Source: a virus. Taken from it: a DNA stretch of 64,000 nucleotides. Every line of letters begins with the position of its first letter. Within the stretch, counting starts at the first letter, position 1. The translations under genes were made by a program, and so were the position numbers. Below are positions 26,139 through 36,371 of the stretch, piece after piece. The notes beneath the pieces are model-generated. The model was not told the origin of the DNA. It did no database searches and was given only the letters and a program-made list of their open reading frames with translations. The stretch lies in the IMG/VR virus record IMGVR_UViG_3300025141_012314, positions 16,342 to 80,341 of that record; one strand, given 5' to 3'.

Positions 26139-29100
26139 ATGTCTGAATCAAAGTTTATTAAATGGCAAGATAGAGACAACGATGGGTTAATTGACGTTTG
26201 CGAAGATGTTATAGTAGATGTCCAAGAGTCCTGTTCGGTTTGCAAGCCAGATCCATCAGCAAGCATCCCTAATTGGAAAGATCTCACAATAGATGAACCT
26301 TTCTTAAACGGACAAAACTGCACATACCAGATTACGGTAAAGACTTCCCTTACAACTACGGGTGCCCCAGAAGGATCTTCTGATCAAGAGCATACTGACG
26401 CCCTCACTGCAACTTATGAGCTATACGCAACAGATGCGATTAAATCATTACTGGCAGTTTACGAGAAAGAGAACTCTGCGGAAACACGAGATTTTGCTAG
26501 CAAAGGATTATATGCATCTAACTTTGATCTAGCCCCTTATCCCGGCTCAAGACTCAAACTACAATATTCAATTCCAACGATCGTTTTAGATTCGATTGCC
26601 GCGAGAACAGATACATCTGATGACGAGGAAGAGGAAGAAACAGAAAACACCGGTGGTGGCTCAGTAACATATAATACCACAGAAATATATAATAAAGTAA
26701 TGACCGTCAGAAAGTCCCTATGGTTATATAACAATTATCTTAAGATTTATAGGTTTGTTGAAAACGGAAACCTATTCTTTGTCGATTCAAATAGATTATT
26801 TGAATTGGGCAGCTATGGAGATTCGGGCTTCGGCGATTCTCTTATGGCAGATATCCTGCCTCAATTAGAGTCCTTCCTTAATACGAAAGATTTTAAGATA
26901 CCGGGCATCGGCTGGCCTGGCTTTCAAAATGTGGTTGAGAAGTTATCATTCGTATTTGATGGTGAAAACAAGTTGACTAAACTTGAGGTTTTCACAGCCG
27001 GCTGCGGTGACAATGCTAGAGTTTTTGAAGGCACTCGATTGCGTTCCCTAAATAGCAAATCATCTTTTAAAGATCCGACTGCTATGGGTTATTTCATGAA
27101 TATGGATAAAATGGAACAAGATCTTAAAGCAAGAGTTCCAAAGTACTGGTTAGACTTCATCTTAGAATACACATACCCAGTAGTATATTCCCCAATAGAA
27201 TCAACAAGCACTCTCCCGGGACAAGTAGAGTCTAGATATGAAACATCACAAACCATCACAAGCTGTGTCAAAGACGCATTAATATCCGAAGGAAAAGAAC
27301 TAGGACAAGATCTTCTTGACGAGACTTTCGGAATTGCTGATGCAATAATGTATAAGTTTCATCGAAACCTATGTTACAAAGACTCGGAGAAATTAGACGA
27401 AGAGCTACAAAAACTTGGATTATTTGAGTATGCTGATCCAAACAACCCAGATACTGAAGAGTTTAGAGAAAATCTATTCGCAGTCGCTCAAGCACGTGCC
27501 TATGGGTCTCTAGAGAAAAACGGCGATGGCAGCATATGCGCCATTTTCTCCTCCCGAGACAGTAACAAACCAGAGGGTACATCTGCCGACACGCTTGACG
27601 ATATGTACAACAAGCTCGACAGGATAAAAGCATGCGGTCTATCTTCGATGCTGATGTCTGCAATTCAATGCCTCTTTAAGGGGATGACGTTAGAGCAGGC
27701 ACTGTCAAAAGTCACACTAGCCGCCTTAGAAGCAATGGACCCCACAGACCTATCGTCGTTGTTCATTCTGCTGCCCCCGGACAAACAAGCTCAAATTGAA
27801 CAGCTTGTAAGAAAAAGACTAGCATCAGGCGATCTATTTTCTGATAATGGTGCCTCTCAACAGTTTAGCGATGTCATGGCCGGCAAAGAAGACGCATATA
27901 TTACTGATTCAAGCCAGCCTGAAGAGTTTGGAGAAGAGGATACTTTTCAAACCCCCGTCCTTGCCACTGATGATGTAAGCCTCGCTGTAGCTACCGAAAA
28001 TCTATCAGCTGAAGCCTCTGGAAGAGGGCAAAGCCAGCGACAAGTTCGAACATTAGCACAAAAGTTCTCTCTATCCGGACAACTCTCCGGAGGCTTTGGT
28101 AATAAATCGGTTGTAGGAGCATATGTACACGCCATAATAGAAGTATATCAGGATAATTATCTGGCACTAATCGACTACCTAAACAAGTTCCCGGGCGCCG
28201 ATATTATCGCGAAAGTTATAGCAACACTAGATTGCCCCGTTCCGCCTTTCTTGGGCGCAGAAGGCGGACTTGAAATAATCAAAGAAGAAGACCTTCCCTC
28301 GTGTTTAAGCATCGACGGGATAACCCTACCAAAACTAAAGAATCCATTTGGATGGTTGCCAAAACGCCACGATCTACTCGCTGCATTGCAAGCTGCAGCC
28401 ATTGAGGCGATTAACGAAGCAATTCTGAGAATGATTCAGAACGTTCTCCTTAGAGCTTGCAAGACTTTGAGCAGCGCTGCATGTAAAACTGTTGAGATAG
28501 CAACAGACGTTGCGCAAGCTGCATTCACCGAAGCTACTTTTGGAGACCTTCTTCAAGAAACAATTTGCGGTGGTGATGGGGGTGCCCATAGTGATGAAGT
28601 TTCAAGTTCGGATCAGGCAGTGATTGACGTTCTCGGCGCCTTGGGTCCCGGCGCAGTAGCATTAGCGGATGAGCAGCAAGCCTTGAACTTTAGCCACGAC
28701 CTGTCGATGTCGACCACCCGCACAGAGTTGAGCGAGGCTACGTTGGGCAACCCGTCGGACACCCTTTTAGAAATTGTGTTAAACTTAGTCAAATATGAAT
28801 ATCCCGAGTATGACCCGGCCTTTAACAACAAGCAATCGATAGCTGCTTTCTTTAAAAATGTTGGAAGTTTGATGCCCATGTCTGCGCGCAAACAGCTAAG
28901 AGATCATCTGAACACATTACCAGAGGATGATCAGGTTCCCGCAAACCCTTGCGCATGCGCAACTCCTGAGCAATTTGAAGATTTTTGTAATCGTCGAACC
29001 GCGATTCTCAACGGCAGAGCCAGTCAAGTTCAGATCTCACACATGTGTGAAGTAGAGGACGAACTAGGTCCTCTTGCACAAGCTCTACAATCGGGACCTT

Positions 29101-32100
29101 TTTCAGATATACCACTTATGGGTTCTCCCGGTTGCGAAGATGGGTTGCTCCCATTCGAGCCTAAAGAAGCAGTAGCGGTGTCTACTGCGGTCCTCGATAC
29201 TCATCTTAAACAGATAAAGACAGACTTCACACAAGATATGTTGGGTTCGGGTCCCTTCTTTGAATCAGATTGGGGATTGCTAAATATGGTTCTCTCTGAT
29301 ACTCTGGGGAACCCTTTAAGTACCCACAATAGGAAGAAGAAGTGGGACATCGGAAGAAAACAATACGTTGATTATTATGTAGAATCCCCGGGTTGGTTTT
29401 GGAATACCTATGATGACGCTAGCGATCAAAAAGGCGGATACCCAGTTAAGGTAGCCGAACGTCTTCAAGAACAGATGGCTGGTTCTGCGGTTGTCTACAA
29501 CTCTAATAACGAAATCGCACCGGAAACAACTTTTACGAGATCATTTGATTCGCTGAATATTGGACAAGGCCGCAACTGGTTCGACACAGACATAAATCTC
29601 ACAGAACTGCCAGACTTTGGTTATGACATCGACATAGAGGTTGATTGGTCGAATGAAGATATTAAGTTAATAAAGAGTGCAAGAAAGAAGAGCCCGGACG
29701 TGGTTCTGAAATATTATAATCACTTGGAAGGATACGGCTCCCTTATGGACCAAGATTCCTCTGTTGATTGGGCAGCTTCCCCAGAAAATCGATGGAACTT
29801 CGCATTTGACTTAGAGGTATATACAGCCGAAATGACTGATTCAGATGTTCAAGTATCTGCCCGAGCCCGTCTTGGTCCGTTTGGTCGAGTTTTTGAATCG
29901 GGGTTGTCCGGGCCAAGAAACAGACCCGGAGATATCACAAGAATTAAACTAGTAGAATATAACAAAGTTACCGATGAGTCCGCTGCAGCAAACGCTCAGT
30001 ATAGTGAATCTGGAGGTAGCGAAACAGAAGCTGGTGATACACTCCCTCCAAACATGATCACGGATGAAAGCGCCGTTAGTGAAACAGTCGCGTTTGAGTT
30101 TGCTGCATCCGACGACTCTTTTAAGGGCGTTAGCTTGCTTAAATACCCCAAACTAGTAGGAGCTTTCACACACGAAAGTGCTTACGCACCACAGGTAGTT
30201 TTGCTGCATGAAATGATGGAGAAAAATGGGCAAGAGATTTCAATCGATGACGTAAAATCATTTTATGATAAGAGCACTTCAGAGATGTATAACTCGTTAT
30301 TGCAAACGGTTTCTGATGACAAAAACAGCGCATGGAAATATGGTGCTGAGTGGGATAATATAACTTCCGCTGATTTGGAATATGTTCTCGATGAGTCGAC
30401 TGGCTCACCTAAATCTTATTACGATTCTGACTATAAGGAAGAAGACGGAGTATTGGGAATAAGTGGGTATCAGTGGCAAATGAAATACAACGGAAGACCG
30501 GGACCAAACCGGGTTTATTACCTTCCTCCTGCTAAATTTGGTGGCTCTTATATGAGCCCTCCCATCTATATCGCGCCGGTACAAAATAAAGGCTGGCTTG
30601 GGTTCCTCGATGTATTATTTCCGGAACCTAGTTCATGTAAACCATCCAAGCAGGAGTTGGTGGACTTTGTTGATATCCAAGAAAACATGTCGAAGACATA
30701 CCCCTACATCCCAGAAGATGAGAGGCTGAGAGGAAACACAGATTGTGCGCTTGAGCTTCCATATAATCGAATAATGGAACGCCCAGCAATTTCTGGTATG
30801 GAAGCACTTATAACTGCGACAATCAGGATCTATGCGACTACTCACTTTATAAAGACCCTAGCAACGTTTGCAACTATTAAGCCAGACTTTGATCAGAACT
30901 ATAGCAATATTTTCGCTGCTTATGTTGTTGAAGATATGGAATATTCATTAAAAGATGCACAGACTGCTTTTTGGGAGTTCTTTACTTTATTTAAAGATGA
31001 AGAATTCTGGTTTGCCTTCTTGGAACAAAGTGTGCAAGCATATTCCAGAAGGATCGATAGCGACGAAACTACAGAACCTGCGCCGGCGGTACTAGCTGCC
31101 TTTGAGAGGATTAACGATTACCAAGCGAATTACAAATACCCCACACAAAAAGATTTAGACAACGCCCCTGATGGCGAAACAGGTTGGACAACTACCCTAA
31201 GCAGCTATCGCGAAGAGAAAAACTTTGAGGCTATCCGCGACACAGAAGAGGATGCCAAGATTATTCTTGCCGAGATGGTAAAAGAGCAGTTAAATATAAT
31301 TGGCGAGAGCTTGGTGAATAACTTTGATATCATTGGGGTTGAGCCAGAGATAAACGACTTGGCACTCTATATGATTGAGCAGTTTGCTGATGGCGGCATA
31401 GATCTTAATGTAGATCAAAAAGAAATTGTGGAACAAATGCCCTCCTTCCCAACAGAGGGTGATGGGCACTACACTAATGGTGGCGAGTTTGTAACAGAAA
31501 ATGCAGAAGATTATCAAGGTTATTATCACGTTGAAACTGATGCTGACAATAAAATAATTTATGTGGAAGGAGAATATCCCTCCTCGGAAACAAACAAAGT
31601 CTTAAAGCCTATGGCTGACAGAATGGTTGTAGAGATAGGGGATATACAAGATTATGATTTCACTGCCACCGGCACCAAACCGTTTGTAATAGAAAAGTAT
31701 ACCAGCATTAACGGAGAAAAGTATTCGACGCGCGCCGCCATGGAAATTATAAAGACAAACGTTAGTACGTTAAACGTCTCTGATGTTTATCCTGGCACGC
31801 TAGATTTGGTAACTGATGATAGCGGAGAAGTTGTGGGACTGCAGGGGGAACTTGGTGTTCGCCACGGACTCCAGTTTTCAGTATTTATGTCGGGCAAGAA
31901 ATATCCGGTAGCTGCCACCGAAGTTGATATGTTAGACACCACAATTGAGAACGCGCAATCTTTAGACGGCGATACTAAGCTTCTTCTGTGCCTTCTCCGA
32001 CAGCTGAAATCTGAGGAAGAGTTCAAGCTCCTATATCAATATATCTACGGAGTGCCGAAGATGGCATCCACTATCGCCGTATATAACGATGTGGCATTTT

Positions 32101-32534
32101 TAAATGCCATAGGCGAGAAAATGGTGACATTAGGTGATGCCACTGCTGGAAACAGCAATATGGAACTCAAACCCGGCCATTATGTAGACATAGATGAAAA
32201 TGGTAATCCAATTCTTAAAGAAGGACAAGAAGGTTGGGACCCCCGAAGCCTCAAGGCTGGCGAATGGCTCTCGGTTGAATGGCGCAAGTGGGATAAAATC
32301 TTGCTCCGGAATTCCAAAGCTAGAATTAAAAGAACGTTTAAAACATACTATTATTCTTCCCGAAAATTCGATTTCAGCTTTGACCTTGGGTTTGATTTTG
32401 GTTGGTCTTGGACGAAGAACCTTCGTTCTAAGTTATCCTTTCCTATGGGTGCTCAAATGCTTCCTTGGTGGAAAAAGGTGAAACTTCGTTCCAATCCGTT
32501 TGATGCTAATGGGAAAATGTGTGAAAAGAAATAA
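26139..32534 (+). CDS. 2131-aa putative virion (tail/baseplate) protein
   Basis: long acidic, Cys-containing ORF between spike and gp25 genes; no recognised catalytic motif. Confidence 0.5.
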   Translation: MSESKFIKWQDRDNDGLIDVCEDVIVDVQESCSVCKPDPSASIPNWKDLTIDEPFLNGQNCTYQITVKTSLTTTGAPEGSSDQEHTDALTATYELYATDAIKSLLAVYEKENSAETRDFASKGLYASNFDLAPYPGSRLKLQYSIPTIVLDSIAARTDTSDDEEEEETENTGGGSVTYNTTEIYNKVMTVRKSLWLYNNYLKIYRFVENGNLFFVDSNRLFELGSYGDSGFGDSLMADILPQLESFLNTKDFKIPGIGWPGFQNVVEKLSFVFDGENKLTKLEVFTAGCGDNARVFEGTRLRSLNSKSSFKDPTAMGYFMNMDKMEQDLKARVPKYWLDFILEYTYPVVYSPIESTSTLPGQVESRYETSQTITSCVKDALISEGKELGQDLLDETFGIADAIMYKFHRNLCYKDSEKLDEELQKLGLFEYADPNNPDTEEFRENLFAVAQARAYGSLEKNGDGSICAIFSSRDSNKPEGTSADTLDDMYNKLDRIKACGLSSMLMSAIQCLFKGMTLEQALSKVTLAALEAMDPTDLSSLFILLPPDKQAQIEQLVRKRLASGDLFSDNGASQQFSDVMAGKEDAYITDSSQPEEFGEEDTFQTPVLATDDVSLAVATENLSAEASGRGQSQRQVRTLAQKFSLSGQLSGGFGNKSVVGAYVHAIIEVYQDNYLALIDYLNKFPGADIIAKVIATLDCPVPPFLGAEGGLEIIKEEDLPSCLSIDGITLPKLKNPFGWLPKRHDLLAALQAAAIEAINEAILRMIQNVLLRACKTLSSAACKTVEIATDVAQAAFTEATFGDLLQETICGGDGGAHSDEVSSSDQAVIDVLGALGPGAVALADEQQALNFSHDLSMSTTRTELSEATLGNPSDTLLEIVLNLVKYEYPEYDPAFNNKQSIAAFFKNVGSLMPMSARKQLRDHLNTLPEDDQVPANPCACATPEQFEDFCNRRTAILNGRASQVQISHMCEVEDELGPLAQALQSGPFSDIPLMGSPGCEDGLLPFEPKEAVAVSTAVLDTHLKQIKTDFTQDMLGSGPFFESDWGLLNMVLSDTLGNPLSTHNRKKKWDIGRKQYVDYYVESPGWFWNTYDDASDQKGGYPVKVAERLQEQMAGSAVVYNSNNEIAPETTFTRSFDSLNIGQGRNWFDTDINLTELPDFGYDIDIEVDWSNEDIKLIKSARKKSPDVVLKYYNHLEGYGSLMDQDSSVDWAASPENRWNFAFDLEVYTAEMTDSDVQVSARARLGPFGRVFESGLSGPRNRPGDITRIKLVEYNKVTDESAAANAQYSESGGSETEAGDTLPPNMITDESAVSETVAFEFAASDDSFKGVSLLKYPKLVGAFTHESAYAPQVVLLHEMMEKNGQEISIDDVKSFYDKSTSEMYNSLLQTVSDDKNSAWKYGAEWDNITSADLEYVLDESTGSPKSYYDSDYKEEDGVLGISGYQWQMKYNGRPGPNRVYYLPPAKFGGSYMSPPIYIAPVQNKGWLGFLDVLFPEPSSCKPSKQELVDFVDIQENMSKTYPYIPEDERLRGNTDCALELPYNRIMERPAISGMEALITATIRIYATTHFIKTLATFATIKPDFDQNYSNIFAAYVVEDMEYSLKDAQTAFWEFFTLFKDEEFWFAFLEQSVQAYSRRIDSDETTEPAPAVLAAFERINDYQANYKYPTQKDLDNAPDGETGWTTTLSSYREEKNFEAIRDTEEDAKIILAEMVKEQLNIIGESLVNNFDIIGVEPEINDLALYMIEQFADGGIDLNVDQKEIVEQMPSFPTEGDGHYTNGGEFVTENAEDYQGYYHVETDADNKIIYVEGEYPSSETNKVLKPMADRMVVEIGDIQDYDFTATGTKPFVIEKYTSINGEKYSTRAAMEIIKTNVSTLNVSDVYPGTLDLVTDDSGEVVGLQGELGVRHGLQFSVFMSGKKYPVAATEVDMLDTTIENAQSLDGDTKLLLCLLRQLKSEEEFKLLYQYIYGVPKMASTIAVYNDVAFLNAIGEKMVTLGDATAGNSNMELKPGHYVDIDENGNPILKEGQEGWDPRSLKAGEWLSVEWRKWDKILLRNSKARIKRTFKTYYYSSRKFDFSFDLGFDFGWSWTKNLRSKLSFPMGAQMLPWWKKVKLRSNPFDANGKMCEKK

Positions 32535-32542
32535 TTATAATT

Positions 32543-32551
32543 CTATTTATA
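32543..32551 (+). promoter_or_regulatory. candidate late promoter motif CTATTTATA
   Basis: in the 30-nt gap before the gp25-like gene. Confidence 0.5.
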
Positions 32552-32564
32552 AAAAGAGCAAGTT

Positions 32565-32933
32565 ATGTCATCAATAGCAGTAAAATTACCATTAATGTAT
32601 GATTCGGACGGGGGATATCAAATGTTGAGAACCCTTGCGTCAACAGCGCACCAAAATCTTAAAATGCTAATTCTGACAGAACCGGGCGAAAGAATCATGA
32701 TTCCAGAGTATGGAGTAGGACTAAAGAGATACCTATTTGAAAATTCACACAGCGGAATTGAATCCGACATTTCCTCAAAAATACACCAACAAGTACGCAG
32801 GTATATGCCGTATATAAAAATTAGACATATAGCCTTTGATCAGCAGGAAATTGACAGAGGAATACTACAGATGAGAATACACTATAGTGTCCCTAAACTG
32901 AACCACAATTCTCAGCTTGATATATCAACATAA
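32565..32933 (+). CDS. baseplate gp25/GpW-like protein
   Basis: QNLKMLILTEPGERIMIPEYGVGLKRYLFE. Confidence 0.9.
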   Translation: MSSIAVKLPLMYDSDGGYQMLRTLASTAHQNLKMLILTEPGERIMIPEYGVGLKRYLFENSHSGIESDISSKIHQQVRRYMPYIKIRHIAFDQQEIDRGILQMRIHYSVPKLNHNSQLDIST

Positions 32934-32949
32934 GGAGTTACCCAAATAA

Positions 32950-34746
32950 ATGGCGGACGAACAGAAAAAGATTTTACCAATAGATTACACTCACCGTGAA
33001 TATGAAAGTATTCGTAATGATTTGATGGGAATTGTAGAAAGGTTCTACCCTGATACTCTTCAAGATTTCTCTGAGGGTTCGTTTGGTTCAATGATGCTTG
33101 ATGCGGTGGCATATGTCGGAGATCAGCTATCATTTTATTTAGATTACAATGTAAATGAGTGTTTCCTCGACACGGCATATCAATATGATAATGTTGTTCG
33201 TCATGGCCGCATCTTAGGATACAAGGCACAAGGTCGTCCATCAACCTATGGAGAGGTGTCGCTATTCGTAATGGTCCCAGCATCTAGCACAGGTATTGGA
33301 CCAGATACTGCTTATGTTCCAATTCTCTCAAAAGGAACGACGTTTACGTCAGGAAACGGACTGGCATACATATTGACAGAAAATGTTGACTTTTCGCTCC
33401 CCACAAACACGACGATCGTTGCACAAGTGAACAAAGATACTGGTGCTCCAACTTGGTATGCGATAAAAGCACCGGGCACAGTCGTATCGGGAAGGCTCGG
33501 AAAACAGTCGATAAAAGTAAACAACTACCAAAGATTTTTAAAACTACAACTGTCTGCAGGAAATATCTCTGAGATCATCTCGGTAACTGACACTGAGGGC
33601 AATGAATACTATGAGGTTGATTATTTGGCTCAAGACATGGTGTTCAAAGAGATCGCAAACAAGAACTTTAAGAATGATAATGTTCCTTCAATCTTAAAAC
33701 CCTATTTGGTCTCGCGCAAGTTCACTGTAGAGAGAAACAGATACGGAGTATACCTGCAGTTCGGCAGTGGTAAGTCAGGAGAAACTGACGTTATCGCCGA
33801 CCCAAGCTCAGTTGCGATGGATATTTTCGGCAAGGATTATGTAAGCAGTACAACGTTTGATCCTACACGCTTATCAAAAAACTATAGCCTAGGCTACGTT
33901 CCTTCCAACACAATATTAACAATCACATACCGAACAACTAATCCATCGAATTCTAACATCGGCGCCTCACAACTCAACAAAGTATCGAGTGCCAGACTTA
34001 AGTTTGCTGACGAACTTTCTCTTAACTCCGGAGTTATGACAACAATCATGAACTCTGTAGAAGTGACCAACGACAAACCTATCATTGGCGCAGTGTCATA
34101 CCCCACCTCAACAGAGGTAAAGCGCCGAATCTACGACACTTTTCCCACACAAAACCGCGCTGTTACCCAGGCTGATTACGAGAATCTAGCTTACAGGATG
34201 CCGGCTAAATATGGCTCTATCGCCAGATGCAGTACACAGAAAGATCCCGACTCTCTGAAAAGAAACTTGAATATGTATATTATTTCATCGGACAACAGAG
34301 GATATTTGACCGAGACTAACTCAACAATCAAGAACAATCTTAAGATGTGGCTCAACCACTACAGGATGATAAATGATACCGTCGACATCTTAGATCCTTA
34401 CATTGTTAATATCGGAATCAACTTTATAATCAAACCACAGCTTGGTGCTGACAAGTTTGTCGTATTAAATGCTGCAACCCAAGCACTCAAAAAGAAGTAC
34501 AAAACCAAATTTTATATTGGCGAACCGCTATACATCAGCGACATTTACCAAACCCTCAAGGGTGCAAAAGGTGTCCTCGATGTTACTAAAGTTACGATCA
34601 CAAACCCGCAAGGAACTAATTACTCTGGAACACAGATTAATATCAACAATAACCTTTCCCCTGATGGAAGTTATTTAGTCACCCCGAAAAATGCGATATT
34701 AGAATTGAAATATCCAGAAGTTGATGTCAAAGGGAAGGTACAATAA
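32950..34746 (+). CDS. baseplate wedge protein, T4 gp6/baseplate J-like
   Basis: IDYTHREYESIRNDL, AYVGDQLSFYLD...NECFLDTA, LQFGSG, QNRAVTQADYE. Confidence 0.85.
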   Translation: MADEQKKILPIDYTHREYESIRNDLMGIVERFYPDTLQDFSEGSFGSMMLDAVAYVGDQLSFYLDYNVNECFLDTAYQYDNVVRHGRILGYKAQGRPSTYGEVSLFVMVPASSTGIGPDTAYVPILSKGTTFTSGNGLAYILTENVDFSLPTNTTIVAQVNKDTGAPTWYAIKAPGTVVSGRLGKQSIKVNNYQRFLKLQLSAGNISEIISVTDTEGNEYYEVDYLAQDMVFKEIANKNFKNDNVPSILKPYLVSRKFTVERNRYGVYLQFGSGKSGETDVIADPSSVAMDIFGKDYVSSTTFDPTRLSKNYSLGYVPSNTILTITYRTTNPSNSNIGASQLNKVSSARLKFADELSLNSGVMTTIMNSVEVTNDKPIIGAVSYPTSTEVKRRIYDTFPTQNRAVTQADYENLAYRMPAKYGSIARCSTQKDPDSLKRNLNMYIISSDNRGYLTETNSTIKNNLKMWLNHYRMINDTVDILDPYIVNIGINFIIKPQLGADKFVVLNAATQALKKKYKTKFYIGEPLYISDIYQTLKGAKGVLDVTKVTITNPQGTNYSGTQININNNLSPDGSYLVTPKNAILELKYPEVDVKGKVQ

Positions 34747-36371
34747 TGGCTATAAAAAAATACGTAGCTAATGCTGATACAACAATCGTTAACGCATATA
34801 AGACTGATATGGAAACCCGCGGCACAGGCTCTAATATGGGAGCAGCCGATATAGTCGAAATCTTTTCAGTCTACGGTAGGCAATCAACTAGTTCTGCTGA
34901 ACTTTCTCGCGCTCTGGTAAAATTCCCTATTCCTACAATCTCGTCGGATAGAACCGCCGGCACAATCCCGGCCTCGGGCAGTGTTAGCTTTTATTTGAAA
35001 ATGCACTCGGCTCCCACCTCACGCACGGCACCCTCTGGCGCATACTCAATGGTTATCGAGCCTCTTTCTCGCGATTGGCAAGAAGGCTTTGGGCTTGACA
35101 TGGCTGGATATACCGACGTTACCAAGGGCAATGTCGGCGCCAACTGGATGAGTGCTAGCAATACCACAGCGTGGACCAAGATCGGTGGTGATTATATTAC
35201 TGATTCCAACGCAGCCTACCCCTTTGAGTGGTATTCCGCAGACATGACGACCGGATTAGAAGATATTGAAGTAGATATCACAGGCTTGGTTGAACTGTGG
35301 ATGGCTGGCACTTTAAACAACTACGGCGTTGGCGTCCACCTTTCGGGCGCATATGAAGCCAATACTTCAATGGATTATGTCATCAACAGTTCTGGAACAC
35401 CGTCCGGATACACAGCCCTGTTCAATCCCACTGGCTCGACTACCTCTTATTACACGCGCCGTTTCTTTGCGCGAGGATCACAATATTGGTTTAAGAGACC
35501 AACTATTGAAGCGCGCTGGAATTCATCGCGAAAAGATAACAGAGGAGAAGTATTTTACAGTAGCTCTTTAGCGGGGGTTAATGATAATCAGAACACCCTC
35601 TTTCTTTACAACTATGTCAGAGGAAGGCTGAAGAATATACCATCGGTAGGAGTTAACGCGATTTACGTTAGTCTTTACTCAGGCTCTGCGACCAATACTG
35701 CACCCAGTGGTTCGGCAATCAGCCTCCCTAGAACACTGCCATACACTCATGTGAGCGCAATCAACCCATATGTAATAACAGGCGCTTGGGTTGCAACCGG
35801 AATCTACTCTGCGCAATTTGCACTGACGAGTGGGCAAGAACCCGGTAACCGGGCTCCCCTTACCCGTGTGTTTGATGTCTGGCACGATGGAACCGGCTAT
35901 AACACCCCCGGCGCCGGGGTAGAGTTTGTAACGTCCTCGTTCGAACCACAACACTTTAGCGCATCAAGTTATGTACCAAATCCGAAATACTATATGAATA
36001 TTACGAATCTAAAAGACAGCTACAGGACTGATGAGACTGCACGCCTGAACTTGTTTGTTAGACATAAGAACTGGAGCCCAACTATTTATACTGTAGCAAA
36101 CGCTGAAGTAGAGAATACGACCATTCAGAGCGCCTCCTATAGGGTGTATAGAGTATTAGACGACTACGAGGCTCTTCCATACCGAACTGGCAGTCAGAAG
36201 GCTTCTGAGCTTTCTTATGACATATCTGGCAATTACTTTGATTTAGATATGAATCTTCTTGAGGGAGGTTATGCATATGGAATCAAGTTTGCTTTCTATG
36301 ACGATGATATTAAATCATGGTCCGAACAGCCATACGTATTTAAATTCCGAGTAGAAGACTATGAGTATTAA
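34746..36371 (+). CDS. virion structural protein (DNRLRE-like beta-sandwich N-domain)
   Basis: ADTTI, SRALVKF, DWQEG, EVDITGLVELW...NYG, RPTIEARW; baseplate context. Confidence 0.5.
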   Translation: MAIKKYVANADTTIVNAYKTDMETRGTGSNMGAADIVEIFSVYGRQSTSSAELSRALVKFPIPTISSDRTAGTIPASGSVSFYLKMHSAPTSRTAPSGAYSMVIEPLSRDWQEGFGLDMAGYTDVTKGNVGANWMSASNTTAWTKIGGDYITDSNAAYPFEWYSADMTTGLEDIEVDITGLVELWMAGTLNNYGVGVHLSGAYEANTSMDYVINSSGTPSGYTALFNPTGSTTSYYTRRFFARGSQYWFKRPTIEARWNSSRKDNRGEVFYSSSLAGVNDNQNTLFLYNYVRGRLKNIPSVGVNAIYVSLYSGSATNTAPSGSAISLPRTLPYTHVSAINPYVITGAWVATGIYSAQFALTSGQEPGNRAPLTRVFDVWHDGTGYNTPGAGVEFVTSSFEPQHFSASSYVPNPKYYMNITNLKDSYRTDETARLNLFVRHKNWSPTIYTVANAEVENTTIQSASYRVYRVLDDYEALPYRTGSQKASELSYDISGNYFDLDMNLLEGGYAYGIKFAFYDDDIKSWSEQPYVFKFRVEDYEY

